From Chloroflexota bacterium (GTDB taxonomy: Bacteria; Chloroflexota; UBA5177; JAJPKF01): a DNA stretch of 46,364 nucleotides. The position numbers and the translations under genes were made by a program. Each line of letters begins with the position of its first letter. Position 1 is the first letter of the stretch. The stretch covers positions 1-46,364 of the forward strand of contig DASRCF010000086.1 of NCBI GenBank assembly GCA_035653255.1, written 5' to 3'. The notes under the pieces are model-generated. The model saw only the letters and a list, made by a program, of their open reading frames with translations. It was not told where the DNA came from and did not search any database. Positions 19,627 to 27,751 of the stretch are shown one piece after another.

Positions 19627-20871
19627 CTAGGCGATGGCGACCTGATGCTGACGAAGCGAGAGCTGCTCCGGCTCAATGGCCAGCATATCGTCCAGCGGCT
19701 CGCCTTCCGCGACTCGTCTGAACAGCTCGGCGTAGCGCTGCCCGACCAGTGGCCACCCGTCCAGACGCCCGTAGGCCGCAGTTCTGCTCTCATAGATTTT
19801 TCGTAGCTCAGGGTTGTCCAGAAGTAGGAGGAGGCAATGAGCCAGGGACTCCGAGCTTCGCAGCTCCATGAGCAGGCCTCGGCCTTCGGCCAGCGCTTCG
19901 GTGGCATGCGGATAGGGAGTCGAGACGATCGCCTTGGCCGAGCCTACCGCGAATGCAAGCGTGCCGCTGGTGATCTGAGTCCGGTCGAGGTATGGAGTGA
20001 CGTAGATATCAGATGCTTGGAGGTAGTCGACCACCTCGCGGTCTGACAGGTACTGGTTGACGAACCGAACATGGTTTGAAACTCCAAGATCTCGGGCCAG
20101 TTGACGGAGATCATTCCGGTAGCCTTCCCCGGCGAACTTTCGGAACTCCGGATGGGTCTCGCCCACGATCATGTACAGCACCTCGGGATGCCGTTCCACG
20201 ACCTCGGGCAGCGCGCCGATGGCATATTCGATCCCCTTGCGTGGATCGAGCAGACCCATGGTGCTGATGATCGTGCGTCCCTCGAGGCCCAGGCGCCGTT
20301 TAAAGTAGCGCCGCGGAGCCTGCTCGACCACCGGCACGCCGTGAGGAATACGCACGACGTTGTTTGGAGTGATCCCATACTCGTCCATGAGAATCATGGC
20401 GGCCATCCGTACCATCACCACCGTGGCGGCGGAGGAGTCGACGATCCCGGCCATCGTCTGGCGTTCGAACTCATCCGGGTAGGGGCGGACGGTGTGAAGC
20501 GTGCTGACGACTGGAACTCGAGGCACGAGATCTCCCGCCGCCTGAATGAGCGGAACGGCGTAGTCCTCCTCCAGACCATCGCTGCCCCAGATGCCCCAAA
20601 GGCCGTACTCGTGTTGAATGCAGATGAGATCGGCCCGGCTGCGCCGGACGGACTCCATAGCACGGAGGTAGCTCTCGAGGCCGTCCTGCGCTATCCTTCC
20701 GACGACGGGGCGGCCGTAGGGATACGATTCGTCGCGTGGCTCAAGTGCCAAGACGTGCAGCTTGATCCCGGGTTGAGAGGACAGCGCCCTGGCCAGGTCG
20801 GCGGTGAAGGTTGCTATGCCGCAGCGGCGGGGAGGGTAGCTGCCGACCAGGACGACATTGAGGTCAGACAT
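19627..20871 (-). CDS. GT4-family (GT-B fold) glycosyltransferase
   Basis: ATG 20871 gives MSDLNVVLVGSYPPRRCGIATFTADL. C-terminal VTPY...SGTLAFAVGSAKAIVSTP is a group-1 GT motif. Confidence 0.8.
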   Translation of the reverse strand: MSDLNVVLVGSYPPRRCGIATFTADLARALSSQPGIKLHVLALEPRDESYPYGRPVVGRIAQDGLESYLRAMESVRRSRADLICIQHEYGLWGIWGSDGLEEDYAVPLIQAAGDLVPRVPVVSTLHTVRPYPDEFERQTMAGIVDSSAATVVMVRMAAMILMDEYGITPNNVVRIPHGVPVVEQAPRRYFKRRLGLEGRTIISTMGLLDPRKGIEYAIGALPEVVERHPEVLYMIVGETHPEFRKFAGEGYRNDLRQLARDLGVSNHVRFVNQYLSDREVVDYLQASDIYVTPYLDRTQITSGTLAFAVGSAKAIVSTPYPHATEALAEGRGLLMELRSSESLAHCLLLLLDNPELRKIYESRTAAYGRLDGWPLVGQRYAELFRRVAEGEPLDDMLAIEPEQLSLRQHQVAIA

Positions 20872-21028
20872 GGCGGTGCCGGTCCTCATTGCCGTCCTTT
20901 CGGAGCGAAGTGTTCCAAAATGCAGCAAGTTTCGCGCCATGCCGGAGCTCGCCGACCCCAATTAGGAAGAGATCACCCGGGCATCGACTGACCGGGACCC
21001 GGTCGCCTCAGCAGACAGTGCGCGAGAT

Positions 21029-21237
21029 GGTGCCGGCCTTCGTAGCCCGGCCCTTCTGTGGCCGGGTGTCGCATGGTCTGCCGTCGCCCGCACCCTCACA
21101 ACGGGTCGAGAGCCGCCGAACGCGGATAGTGCCGGGCCTTCGTAAACCTTCGTAGCCCGGCCCTTCTGTGGCCGGGCGTCGCATGGCCTACCGTCGGCCG
21201 CACCCTCAAAACGGGTCGAGAGCCGCCGAATGCGGAA
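21029..21237. repeat. tandem duplication, two units with a 110-bp period
   Basis: Core ccttcgtagcccggcccttctgtggccggg(t/c)gtcgcatgg...aacgggtcgagagccgccgaa(c/t)gcgga occurs at 21038-21127 and 21148-21237, with about 6 mismatches in about 88 nt. Unit 2 has an extra aaccttcgta. Confidence 0.9.
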
Positions 21238-21316
21238 AGAGCCCCCCTCGTGCGTTGATCTCTTTTCGGCGGTTGAGCGAGCCGTTCTGAACTCCCGTGT
21301 CCTGAGAACGGAGCAT

Positions 21317-21395
21317 CACGCCCGGCCACAGGAGCCGGGCTACGTTCTCACCGGGACCTGGTCACCACGCCCGGCCACAGGAGCCGGGCTACGTT
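21317..21395. repeat. two identical 30-nt hairpin motifs, inverted relative to those in the tandem units
   Basis: cacgcccggccacaggagccgggctacgtt occurs at 21317-21346 and 21366-21395. It is the reverse complement (with a loop change) of cgtagcccggcccttctgtggccgggcg at 21041-21070 and 21151-21180. Stem is GCCCGGC/GCCGGGC. Confidence 0.9.
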
Positions 21396-21466
21396 GGGAT
21401 GACTCCCTAACTCGCCTTTTCAAGCCCATCGTTGCGGCGGACCGAGGCTCGCGTGGGTGGGAGACT

Positions 21467-21664
21467 CTAGCCCTCTACGACCTCAGGCTTATCCGTGGGT
21501 AGGCGGCTTTCGATCAGATCCCTATACTGGCGCGCCCGTTCCCGGAGATAGGGCAGGCTGTGACGGCGGCAATAGAATCCGCCCTCCCACTCCTCGAACT
21601 CGTCGCCGCCGAAAATGTCGCCACGGCATACGACACAACGTGCCACGATCTTCGCTTCAGCCAC
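21467..21664 (-). CDS. small putative zinc-ribbon protein (CxxC...CxxH)
   Basis: GTG 21664 (or GTG 21646) gives (M)AEAKIVARCVVCRGDIFGGDEFEEWEGGFYCRRHSLPYLRERARQYRDLIESRLPTDKPEVVEG. It has its own promoter-like element upstream. No family recognised. Confidence 0.4.
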   Translation of the reverse strand: MAEAKIVARCVVCRGDIFGGDEFEEWEGGFYCRRHSLPYLRERARQYRDLIESRLPTDKPEVVEG

Positions 21665-21691
21665 CCCCGACCCCCATCTACGCTTTGGGGT

Positions 21692-21721
21692 ATTGTAGCG
21701 CCGGAGCCAAGGGCGAGGCAA
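21692..21721 (-). promoter_or_regulatory. sigma-70-like promoter for the small ORF
   Basis: Minus strand reads TTGCCT (21721-21716), an 18-nt spacer, then TACAAT (21697-21692). Confidence 0.35.
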
Positions 21722-21838
21722 AGCTCCGACTGCAGAATGAGAATCGGCCGCCACCAGCCCGCCCCGGCTCCGTTGTCGTGTACCTCGACCCAGTGCAGTG
21801 TCAGGCAAAGGAGCTGCAGCCGAAGGGAGCCGGCAGGC

Positions 21839-23362
21839 CTAGGCCACAGCCTCTGCGTGTTTCTCGGCCTCGCGGGTATCCCGTGCTTCCGGCACGAGGA
21901 GCGACGATACCTGGCTCATCAATCCCGCGAAGTAGACCGGCCGGTCCAGACGCTCCTCGAGATCGCTTCGTTCCATATTGTCAAGCAGCCGCTGCCCGGC
22001 CTTGTCGAGCATGACCTCCGGCAGCACGACCACTTCTCCACGCAGGCGACTCCGGGCTTTGAGCACGTCGCCCCCGGTGAGCAAACCGGACACCTTGACT
22101 CGGCGGCCAAAGAAGGAGTTCTCCAGTACAAGCATCTCGCTCTCGATTCCGACCAGATTCGACCACTCGGCTACCATCGGAGTCAGAATGGGGGCCGCCA
22201 TCTCGGCCGAGACGAACGTGACCGAAGCGGGCAGTCCACATGTGTCTCTCCTGCTCCGCAGTCTCCGCCTGGTCCGGGACCAGTCATCCATGAGATCGCG
22301 CACCATGCCGATTCCGTTCTCGTACTGCGGGTACCTGTCATAAAACCGTGCCCCGGGTACCTCGGCCCCCGCCAGCAGATAGAACTCGTCCGACACATAG
22401 GCCAGTGTCCGACCGGTGCTACTCCGAAAGCCGTGCTGGAGCGGACGTAGCAAACGGATCACTTCCATGGCCTCCGCCGGCGTGAACTGGCGGAGATCCA
22501 GGTCAGCGGCACTCGGAAGTATGCGACTGCAAGAGGCGCCTGGACCCGCCAGAATCTCCGCGGGTGTTCTGGTCAAACCGACAGGCACGACCCCGATCGA
22601 GAGGACGTCAGGGTGAAGCTCTGCCAGATCAGAGACGGTTTTGACCAAGGCTTCACCATCGTTCAGACCTGGACACACCACAACTTGCGTATGTGTCCGG
22701 ATGCCCAGCTCCGCCAGCCGTCTGAGCTGGGGCAGAACGTCGGGAGCGCGGGGATTTCCGAGCAGCAGCCTGCGCAGCTCCACGTCCGTGGCGTGAACGG
22801 AGACGTAGAGCGGGCTCAAATGCTGCTCCCGAAGCCGCTTCCAATCCCGCTTGTTGAGATTGGTGAGCGTCACGAAATTGCCGTACAGGAATGAGTAGCG
22901 ATAGTCGTCGTCACGGATGTACAGGCTCGTGCGCATCTCGCCCGGGAGTTGATCGATAAAGCAGAAGGGACAGTGGTTGTTGCACTCCCGTATGGGAGTG
23001 AACGTCGGTTGGCTGAAGGTGATGCCCAAGGATTGGCCCTGATCTTTAACCAGCCGTAGTTGTCGTGGGCCCTCCCCGGTCTTCGGACGCTGCAGCTCTA
23101 AACTGAGGACCGAATCGGCCGCATAGAACTGGTAATCCACCGCATCGCGAAGGTGATGGCCATTGATGCTCAAGAGGATGTCACCCGGAGTGATCCCGAG
23201 ACGATCAGCCGGGCTGCCCCGCTCGACGTCCTCGATCACGCCGCCGGGGTGTGTCCTCTGACGTGTGCGTCCGTCGACTCGCTCCAGAGTGCCTATGAGA
23301 TCTCCCGGCGCACCGATGGGGCGGGATCCGGTCGTGGGGACTGACGTACTTGAGGGGGGCAT
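21839..23362 (-). CDS. PDZ domain-radical SAM protein (DUF512 / TIGR03279-like)
   Basis: N-terminal PDZ-like VIEDVERGSPADRLGITPGDILLSING, the cluster CNNHCPFCF, and a long DUF512-like C-terminus. ATG 23362 is preceded by GGAAGG with a 5-nt spacer. Confidence 0.8.
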   Translation of the reverse strand: MPPSSTSVPTTGSRPIGAPGDLIGTLERVDGRTRQRTHPGGVIEDVERGSPADRLGITPGDILLSINGHHLRDAVDYQFYAADSVLSLELQRPKTGEGPRQLRLVKDQGQSLGITFSQPTFTPIRECNNHCPFCFIDQLPGEMRTSLYIRDDDYRYSFLYGNFVTLTNLNKRDWKRLREQHLSPLYVSVHATDVELRRLLLGNPRAPDVLPQLRRLAELGIRTHTQVVVCPGLNDGEALVKTVSDLAELHPDVLSIGVVPVGLTRTPAEILAGPGASCSRILPSAADLDLRQFTPAEAMEVIRLLRPLQHGFRSSTGRTLAYVSDEFYLLAGAEVPGARFYDRYPQYENGIGMVRDLMDDWSRTRRRLRSRRDTCGLPASVTFVSAEMAAPILTPMVAEWSNLVGIESEMLVLENSFFGRRVKVSGLLTGGDVLKARSRLRGEVVVLPEVMLDKAGQRLLDNMERSDLEERLDRPVYFAGLMSQVSSLLVPEARDTREAEKHAEAVA

Positions 23363-23590
23363 TCGGGCCTTCCAGCTTGAGCACAGCCATGACAAGCTGG
23401 GCCAGGGTGAGGAGGAGCTGTCTCGAGTGTTGACAGAGGGGGTGCTTCCTATTTTGCCAGCCTCATGTCTCGCCTTCGCCAGCGATGCCTCTACGACAGG
23501 AGCCTGCCGTTTGATACCAGCTTCTCCCGGCGACGATTCGACGGCTTGGTCACGTATCCTGATGTGTCAGGTGCAAAGCCAAGCGGCGGA

Positions 23591-24256
23591 GTGGAGGACC
23601 ACGTGGAATTCGAAAATACTTTCACCGTCGACGCTCCCATAGAGCGTGTCTGGACTCATCTGCTCGATGTTCAGGCCGTCGCTCCCTGTGTTCCCGGTGC
23701 CGAGCTGACCGAGGTCGTCGGCGACCGCGAGTTCAAGGGCACCGTCAAGATCAAGCTGGGTGCCGTTCAGGTCGCCTACAAGGGCAGCCTGGTCATGACT
23801 GACGTCGACGAGGCAGCGCGCCGGGTGGTGCTGGTAGCCTCTGGAAGCGAGACTCGAGGATCCGGAAGCGCCTCCGGAACGGTGACATCGACCCTGACCG
23901 AGGATGCCCCAGGTCGAACCACTGTACTCATCGTGTCTGAAGTCAACGTCACCGGACGCGTGGCGCAGTTCGGCCGAAACATCATGCAGGATGTGTCCAC
24001 CCGGCTTACCAAGCAGTTTGCCGACTGTCTGCAAGCCTCACTGGAGACGCAGCCCGAAGGCGAGACGAACGAGCCCACGGAGCTGACATCGAAAGCTGAG
24101 CTTGCCGTGCAGATCCCTCCCGCGGTACGATCGGAGCCTGCCAGTCAAGTTCAAGGCGGTGAACTGAAGATCCTTCCCGTTCTTGTCGACGTGGCGCGAT
24201 CGCGGACGGCCGAGGGACTTCGGGCTCTGGCGCGGATTATTCAGCCCGAGGAATAG
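23591..24256 (+). CDS. SRPBCC-family CoxG-like protein
   Basis: FENTFTVDAPIERVWTHLLDVQAVAPCVPGAELTEV...KGTVKIKLGAVQVAYKG...VNVTGRVAQFGRNIMQDV. Start uncertain; GTG 23591 chosen, ORF extends to 23465. Confidence 0.7.
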   Translation: MEDHVEFENTFTVDAPIERVWTHLLDVQAVAPCVPGAELTEVVGDREFKGTVKIKLGAVQVAYKGSLVMTDVDEAARRVVLVASGSETRGSGSASGTVTSTLTEDAPGRTTVLIVSEVNVTGRVAQFGRNIMQDVSTRLTKQFADCLQASLETQPEGETNEPTELTSKAELAVQIPPAVRSEPASQVQGGELKILPVLVDVARSRTAEGLRALARIIQPEE

Positions 24257-24285
24257 CCTCGACTCAGGCGTTCGAGGATCGCCTG

Positions 24286-24783
24286 CTAACGCTTGTACAG
24301 CCCCATCAACGTGGCTTTCTCAAGTGTGCTGAAGTGTAGGTTGAAGCCCACCACCGCGGCCGGCGTATCCTCGGCGACCGGCAGGCTATCCTGCGAGACG
24401 GCGAAAACGGTGAACACATAGCGGTGCGGATGGTCCCCCTCAGGAGGACAGGGGCCCGCGTAGCCGGAGCGGCCGGCGTCGGTTCGTGTCTGGAGAGCTC
24501 CCGCAGGTAGGTTGCCGCCGGGATTGCCCGCGCCCTCCTGCAGCTGGGTCACTGTCGGCGGGATGTTCACGATGACCCAGTGCCAGAAGCCGCTTCCGGT
24601 TGGGGCATCGGGATCGTAGCAGGTGACGGCGAAGCTCTTCGTCCCCGCGGGAGCACCTTCCCATCTCAGGTGAGGCGAGATGTTGCCGCCTGCACACCCG
24701 AAGCCGAACTCGGACGACAGAACCTGTTCCCGGCTGAGATAGTCGCCATCTTCAAAGGTGTCACTGCTGAGTTTCAGTGTCAT
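24286..24783 (-). CDS. YbhB/YbcL-family PEBP (Raf kinase inhibitor-like) protein
   Basis: ATG 24783. NISPHLRWEGAPAGTKSFAVTCYDPDAP, FWHWVIVNIP, GYAGPCPPEGDHPHRYVFTVFAV. Confidence 0.9.
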   Translation of the reverse strand: MTLKLSSDTFEDGDYLSREQVLSSEFGFGCAGGNISPHLRWEGAPAGTKSFAVTCYDPDAPTGSGFWHWVIVNIPPTVTQLQEGAGNPGGNLPAGALQTRTDAGRSGYAGPCPPEGDHPHRYVFTVFAVSQDSLPVAEDTPAAVVGFNLHFSTLEKATLMGLYKR

Positions 24784-24907
24784 AGCCTCTCCGTCATCTG
24801 ATCCGGACGTCGCGGCGCACGCTGCCGGCGTCTGGAAGCGGAAGTCTCCAACCATTATCGGTCGGTATCCATCATCGGCAGCCGATGTGCCAACGCGGCC
24901 GCCGCCG

Positions 24908-27070
24908 CTAGAGGCGCTTCGTCACCCGTTTGTCGAGATAGTCGAGCAGCACCCGCTCACCCAGGTGGTACGGTCCGGTGAGGAACGCACGTCCCTGGTT
25001 GACGGCGGTCATGCGCTCCACGAAGGAAACCAGCTCCGGCGCATCGTCGAGCATGAACGTGTTGACGACGATGCCTTCGCGGTGACATCGTGCAGCTTCA
25101 GCCAGAGCAGCCCGGCGAACGAAACCCGGCGCCGGGTAGTGGACAAAGATGCCGTCCGGGAGCGCGCAGGCGGTGGGTTCGCCGTCGGTAACGAAGAGCA
25201 CCTGGCGGTTGCCTCCTCGATGGCGGGCGAGCAGGCGGCGGGAGAGTGCCAGCGCCATCTCGTAGTTGGTGCCTTGAACCATGTAATTCTCCGCCAGCGC
25301 CGGTAGCGCATCTCGGCTCAGCTCAAAGGCGACGTCGGCAAAGCCGATCAGGTACAGAGTGTCATGCGGGAACTGTCCGCGAATGAGGCTGTCGAGCGCC
25401 AATGCCGTTTTCTTGGCCTCGAGAAAGAGTCCCCGGAGGAACATCGAGCGCGAGGTGTCAATGGCCAGGACGGTGGCGTGGCGTACGGCGCGCTCGGTCT
25501 CGAATACCTCGAAGTCGTGCGGGTTCAACCGGACGGGGGATCTGGCTCCTCGCCGGACCCCGTTCATTAGGGTGCTCCGAAGATCGACGTGGAACGCATC
25601 GCCGAATTGGTAGGGCCGACTGTGGGGGGCGAGGTCCCCACCCTCGCCACGGCGATGCGTCTGGTGACCGCCCTGGCGGTCGTCCCTCAGCTTCTGAAAG
25701 ATCTCCCGCAGGGCGCTGTCGCCCAGTCTACGGATGGCTCGGGGAGTGAGTTCCAGGCGGTCTCCGTTGCGCTTGAGGTAGCCCGAATCCATCAGGGATT
25801 GGGCCATATAGCGCACGGCTCCGATCTGGGCGCCCATCCGACGGCCAAACAGGGAGGTCGGATCACCAAGGGACTCGGCGACGTCCGAGAGAGCGGCGAG
25901 GGGATCCCGAGCCAATGCGTCCTCCAGCTGCTCCATCGATTGCAGACGTCGCATCATGTCGAGGGACTGTCCGAAGCCCGGAGCATCCTCGCCCTCGAAC
26001 TCGAAGCCGCCGCCACCAATCGGGTAGCCCATCATCTGGAGGTTCTCGGCCAGCCGTGCCATGTCCAGCTGTAGGCGGTCATCCCGCAGCAGCTCGGCCA
26101 TCATGTCCAGCAGCTCCTGACGTGCCTGGGGATCCATGCTGTCGAGCAGGTCCTGAACCTGTGAGGCCTGGCGCTGGAGATGTGCCAGCAGGTCGTCGAG
26201 GTTTTCGATTCCGGGCGGCAGGTTCTGACCCCAGCGATCCATGAATTGCTCGAAAGCCTGCCGGTCGCCCTGACGGCTGGCCTCGATCATCTCATTCAGC
26301 TCTTGGATCATCTGCCGGGCGGCGGCCAGCTGCTCCGGAGTCATTTGGCCGATAGACTCCTTCAGACCTTGCGCATACTGCTGCAGCAAGCGTTTCTGCA
26401 TCGAGCCGATCAGCTCGTCGAACGCTTCTCGTGCCTCACTCGAGATGAAGTCGTACTCGCGCAGTCCCCGAATACGGCCGGCGTTGTCGGGAGGCAGCTG
26501 CTCGAGCTGAGACTCCTTCCGCTCCAGCATGCGCTCCAGCATCTCCTGCAGCTCCCGCTCGTTCTCGCTGGCCGGCACATTGGGGGTCCTAACGTCCGAA
26601 GCCTCAGAAGTTGGGCCGGAGGCGCCTGTCTGGCGGTGCGGCCGGTCTGCCCCGGACTCGGACCCACCCTCATCTGCGCCGGGTGCAGCCGACTGATCCG
26701 GCTGGTCCGCTGCGCCCTCAGCCGCTTGTGCCTTGCGCGATTCCCGACGTTCGGTGATACCCTGCTGTTCGAGATCGATGATTCGATCGAGCTGTTCCTT
26801 GATGCGGTCGATCATATTTGAGGGATCATAGCGCTGCAGCATGGAGTCCCGCTCCCGGCGCATCTGCTGAAGGAGGCGTCGTAGCCCGTCGAAGCGGCGG
26901 CCATCCGGCAAGGTGAAACCGCGCTGCAGCAGATTCCTCAGGGCCTTCCGGGGATCCCCGGCGCGCAGCAGGTCATCCGCAAGCTGGTCCAGGATCTCGT
27001 CGGCAGAGAAGTCGGCGATCTCCTGGCTTCCGTCCCAGGCAGAATATTGATAGGGCTGGCTGGCGTTGAT
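24908..27070 (-). CDS. large VWA domain protein (CoxE-like VWA family), start codon unresolved
   Basis: C-terminal VWA: VLAIDTSRSM (DxSxS MIDAS-type motif), GTNYEMAL, VLFVTDGEPTA. Mid-region LTPRAIRRLGDSALREI...HRRGEGGDL..RPYQFGD. First canonical start is TTG 26911, but the frame is open to a stop at 27098-27100 and encodes the family-like N-terminus YQYSAWDGSQ...; 27070 is an ATC preceded by GAGGA. Confidence 0.75.
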   Translation of the reverse strand: MNASQPYQYSAWDGSQEIADFSADEILDQLADDLLRAGDPRKALRNLLQRGFTLPDGRRFDGLRRLLQQMRRERDSMLQRYDPSNMIDRIKEQLDRIIDLEQQGITERRESRKAQAAEGAADQPDQSAAPGADEGGSESGADRPHRQTGASGPTSEASDVRTPNVPASENERELQEMLERMLERKESQLEQLPPDNAGRIRGLREYDFISSEAREAFDELIGSMQKRLLQQYAQGLKESIGQMTPEQLAAARQMIQELNEMIEASRQGDRQAFEQFMDRWGQNLPPGIENLDDLLAHLQRQASQVQDLLDSMDPQARQELLDMMAELLRDDRLQLDMARLAENLQMMGYPIGGGGFEFEGEDAPGFGQSLDMMRRLQSMEQLEDALARDPLAALSDVAESLGDPTSLFGRRMGAQIGAVRYMAQSLMDSGYLKRNGDRLELTPRAIRRLGDSALREIFQKLRDDRQGGHQTHRRGEGGDLAPHSRPYQFGDAFHVDLRSTLMNGVRRGARSPVRLNPHDFEVFETERAVRHATVLAIDTSRSMFLRGLFLEAKKTALALDSLIRGQFPHDTLYLIGFADVAFELSRDALPALAENYMVQGTNYEMALALSRRLLARHRGGNRQVLFVTDGEPTACALPDGIFVHYPAPGFVRRAALAEAARCHREGIVVNTFMLDDAPELVSFVERMTAVNQGRAFLTGPYHLGERVLLDYLDKRVTKRL

Positions 27071-27223
27071 GTCGTCCTCTACCGGCTGTAAGGGTAGTCA
27101 ATTCTACGGCTGAGCCTGCTCGGCCCCGAGGGTATCGCTAGTCGGGTGGGCACGTCGCAGCCAGGCGCCTACCCCGCCAATCGTTCCTGCCTTGGCCCTC
27201 CAGCAGGTCTCGCAGTGGCTTTG

Positions 27224-27604
27224 CTACCCCGCTCGGTCCTGATACCCCTCGCCAGTGAGGCCGACGAAGTGCAGCAGCGTCGCCAGCGTGAACGGCTTCG
27301 GCAGCCAGCCCTCAAAGCAGGCCTGAGAGCGGCCTCGATCGACCATGGGGTCCACTTCGCTCATGGCGATGATCGGCACCTCCCGACAGGAGTCGGACTT
27401 GAGCCGTTCGGCCAGGTCGATCCCCGCGCACACGGTCGGCATCAGTTCCATGAGCACCAGGTCCGGAGCCTGCTCTTCAACCAGTCCAAGGGCCTCTTCG
27501 CCGCTTGGCGCCACGCGCACGGTGTAGCCTTCCTCGCTCAGCGCCGCGCTCATCACCCGCGTAAGCGAGAGGTCGGCGTCGACGATGAGGACGTCGATTC
27601 CCAA
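27224..27604 (-). CDS. single-domain response-regulator receiver, atypical (Glu at the phospho-acceptor position)
   Basis: TTG 27604 follows GGAGGA. (M)GIDVLIVDAD...PDLVLMELMP...PIIAMSE...LPKPF. The conserved Ser/Thr and Lys are present, but the DxxxP acceptor reads MELMP (E53, codon 27446-27448). Confidence 0.8.
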   Translation of the reverse strand: MGIDVLIVDADLSLTRVMSAALSEEGYTVRVAPSGEEALGLVEEQAPDLVLMELMPTVCAGIDLAERLKSDSCREVPIIAMSEVDPMVDRGRSQACFEGWLPKPFTLATLLHFVGLTGEGYQDRAG

Positions 27605-27751
27605 CCCATCCTCCGTCCGTTCTGCTTGAAGCGTACCACCAGGAGCCGCCCTCCTTCACCTCTGAGTCCGACCTCAACAGCGACACGGAAACGATTGGAT
27701 TGGTTCCGTCTGGAATCGAACTTATCCTTGAGAGAAAGGCGGGAGACGCCC

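Noticed and set aside
21317-21395. Possible mini-CRISPR: two identical palindromic 30-mers separated by 19 nt.
   Set aside because: Only two copies are present, the spacer is far too short, related copies occur in the opposite orientation with a 110-bp period, and no cas genes or leader are present. It fits a REP/MITE-like or structural repeat better.
20889-21502. ORFs in the track inside the repeat cluster: 20889-21155 (+), 21096-21329 (-), 21230-21502 (+).
   Set aside because: They run through tandem and inverted repeat units, have no RBS, and have low-complexity Arg/Pro-rich translations. They are most likely non-coding.
24286-27604. MoxR/ChlI-VWA chaperone-like system.
   Set aside because: The VWA protein is present, but no AAA+ ATPase gene lies in the receiver-VWA-PEBP cluster or elsewhere in the window, so a complete system cannot be claimed.
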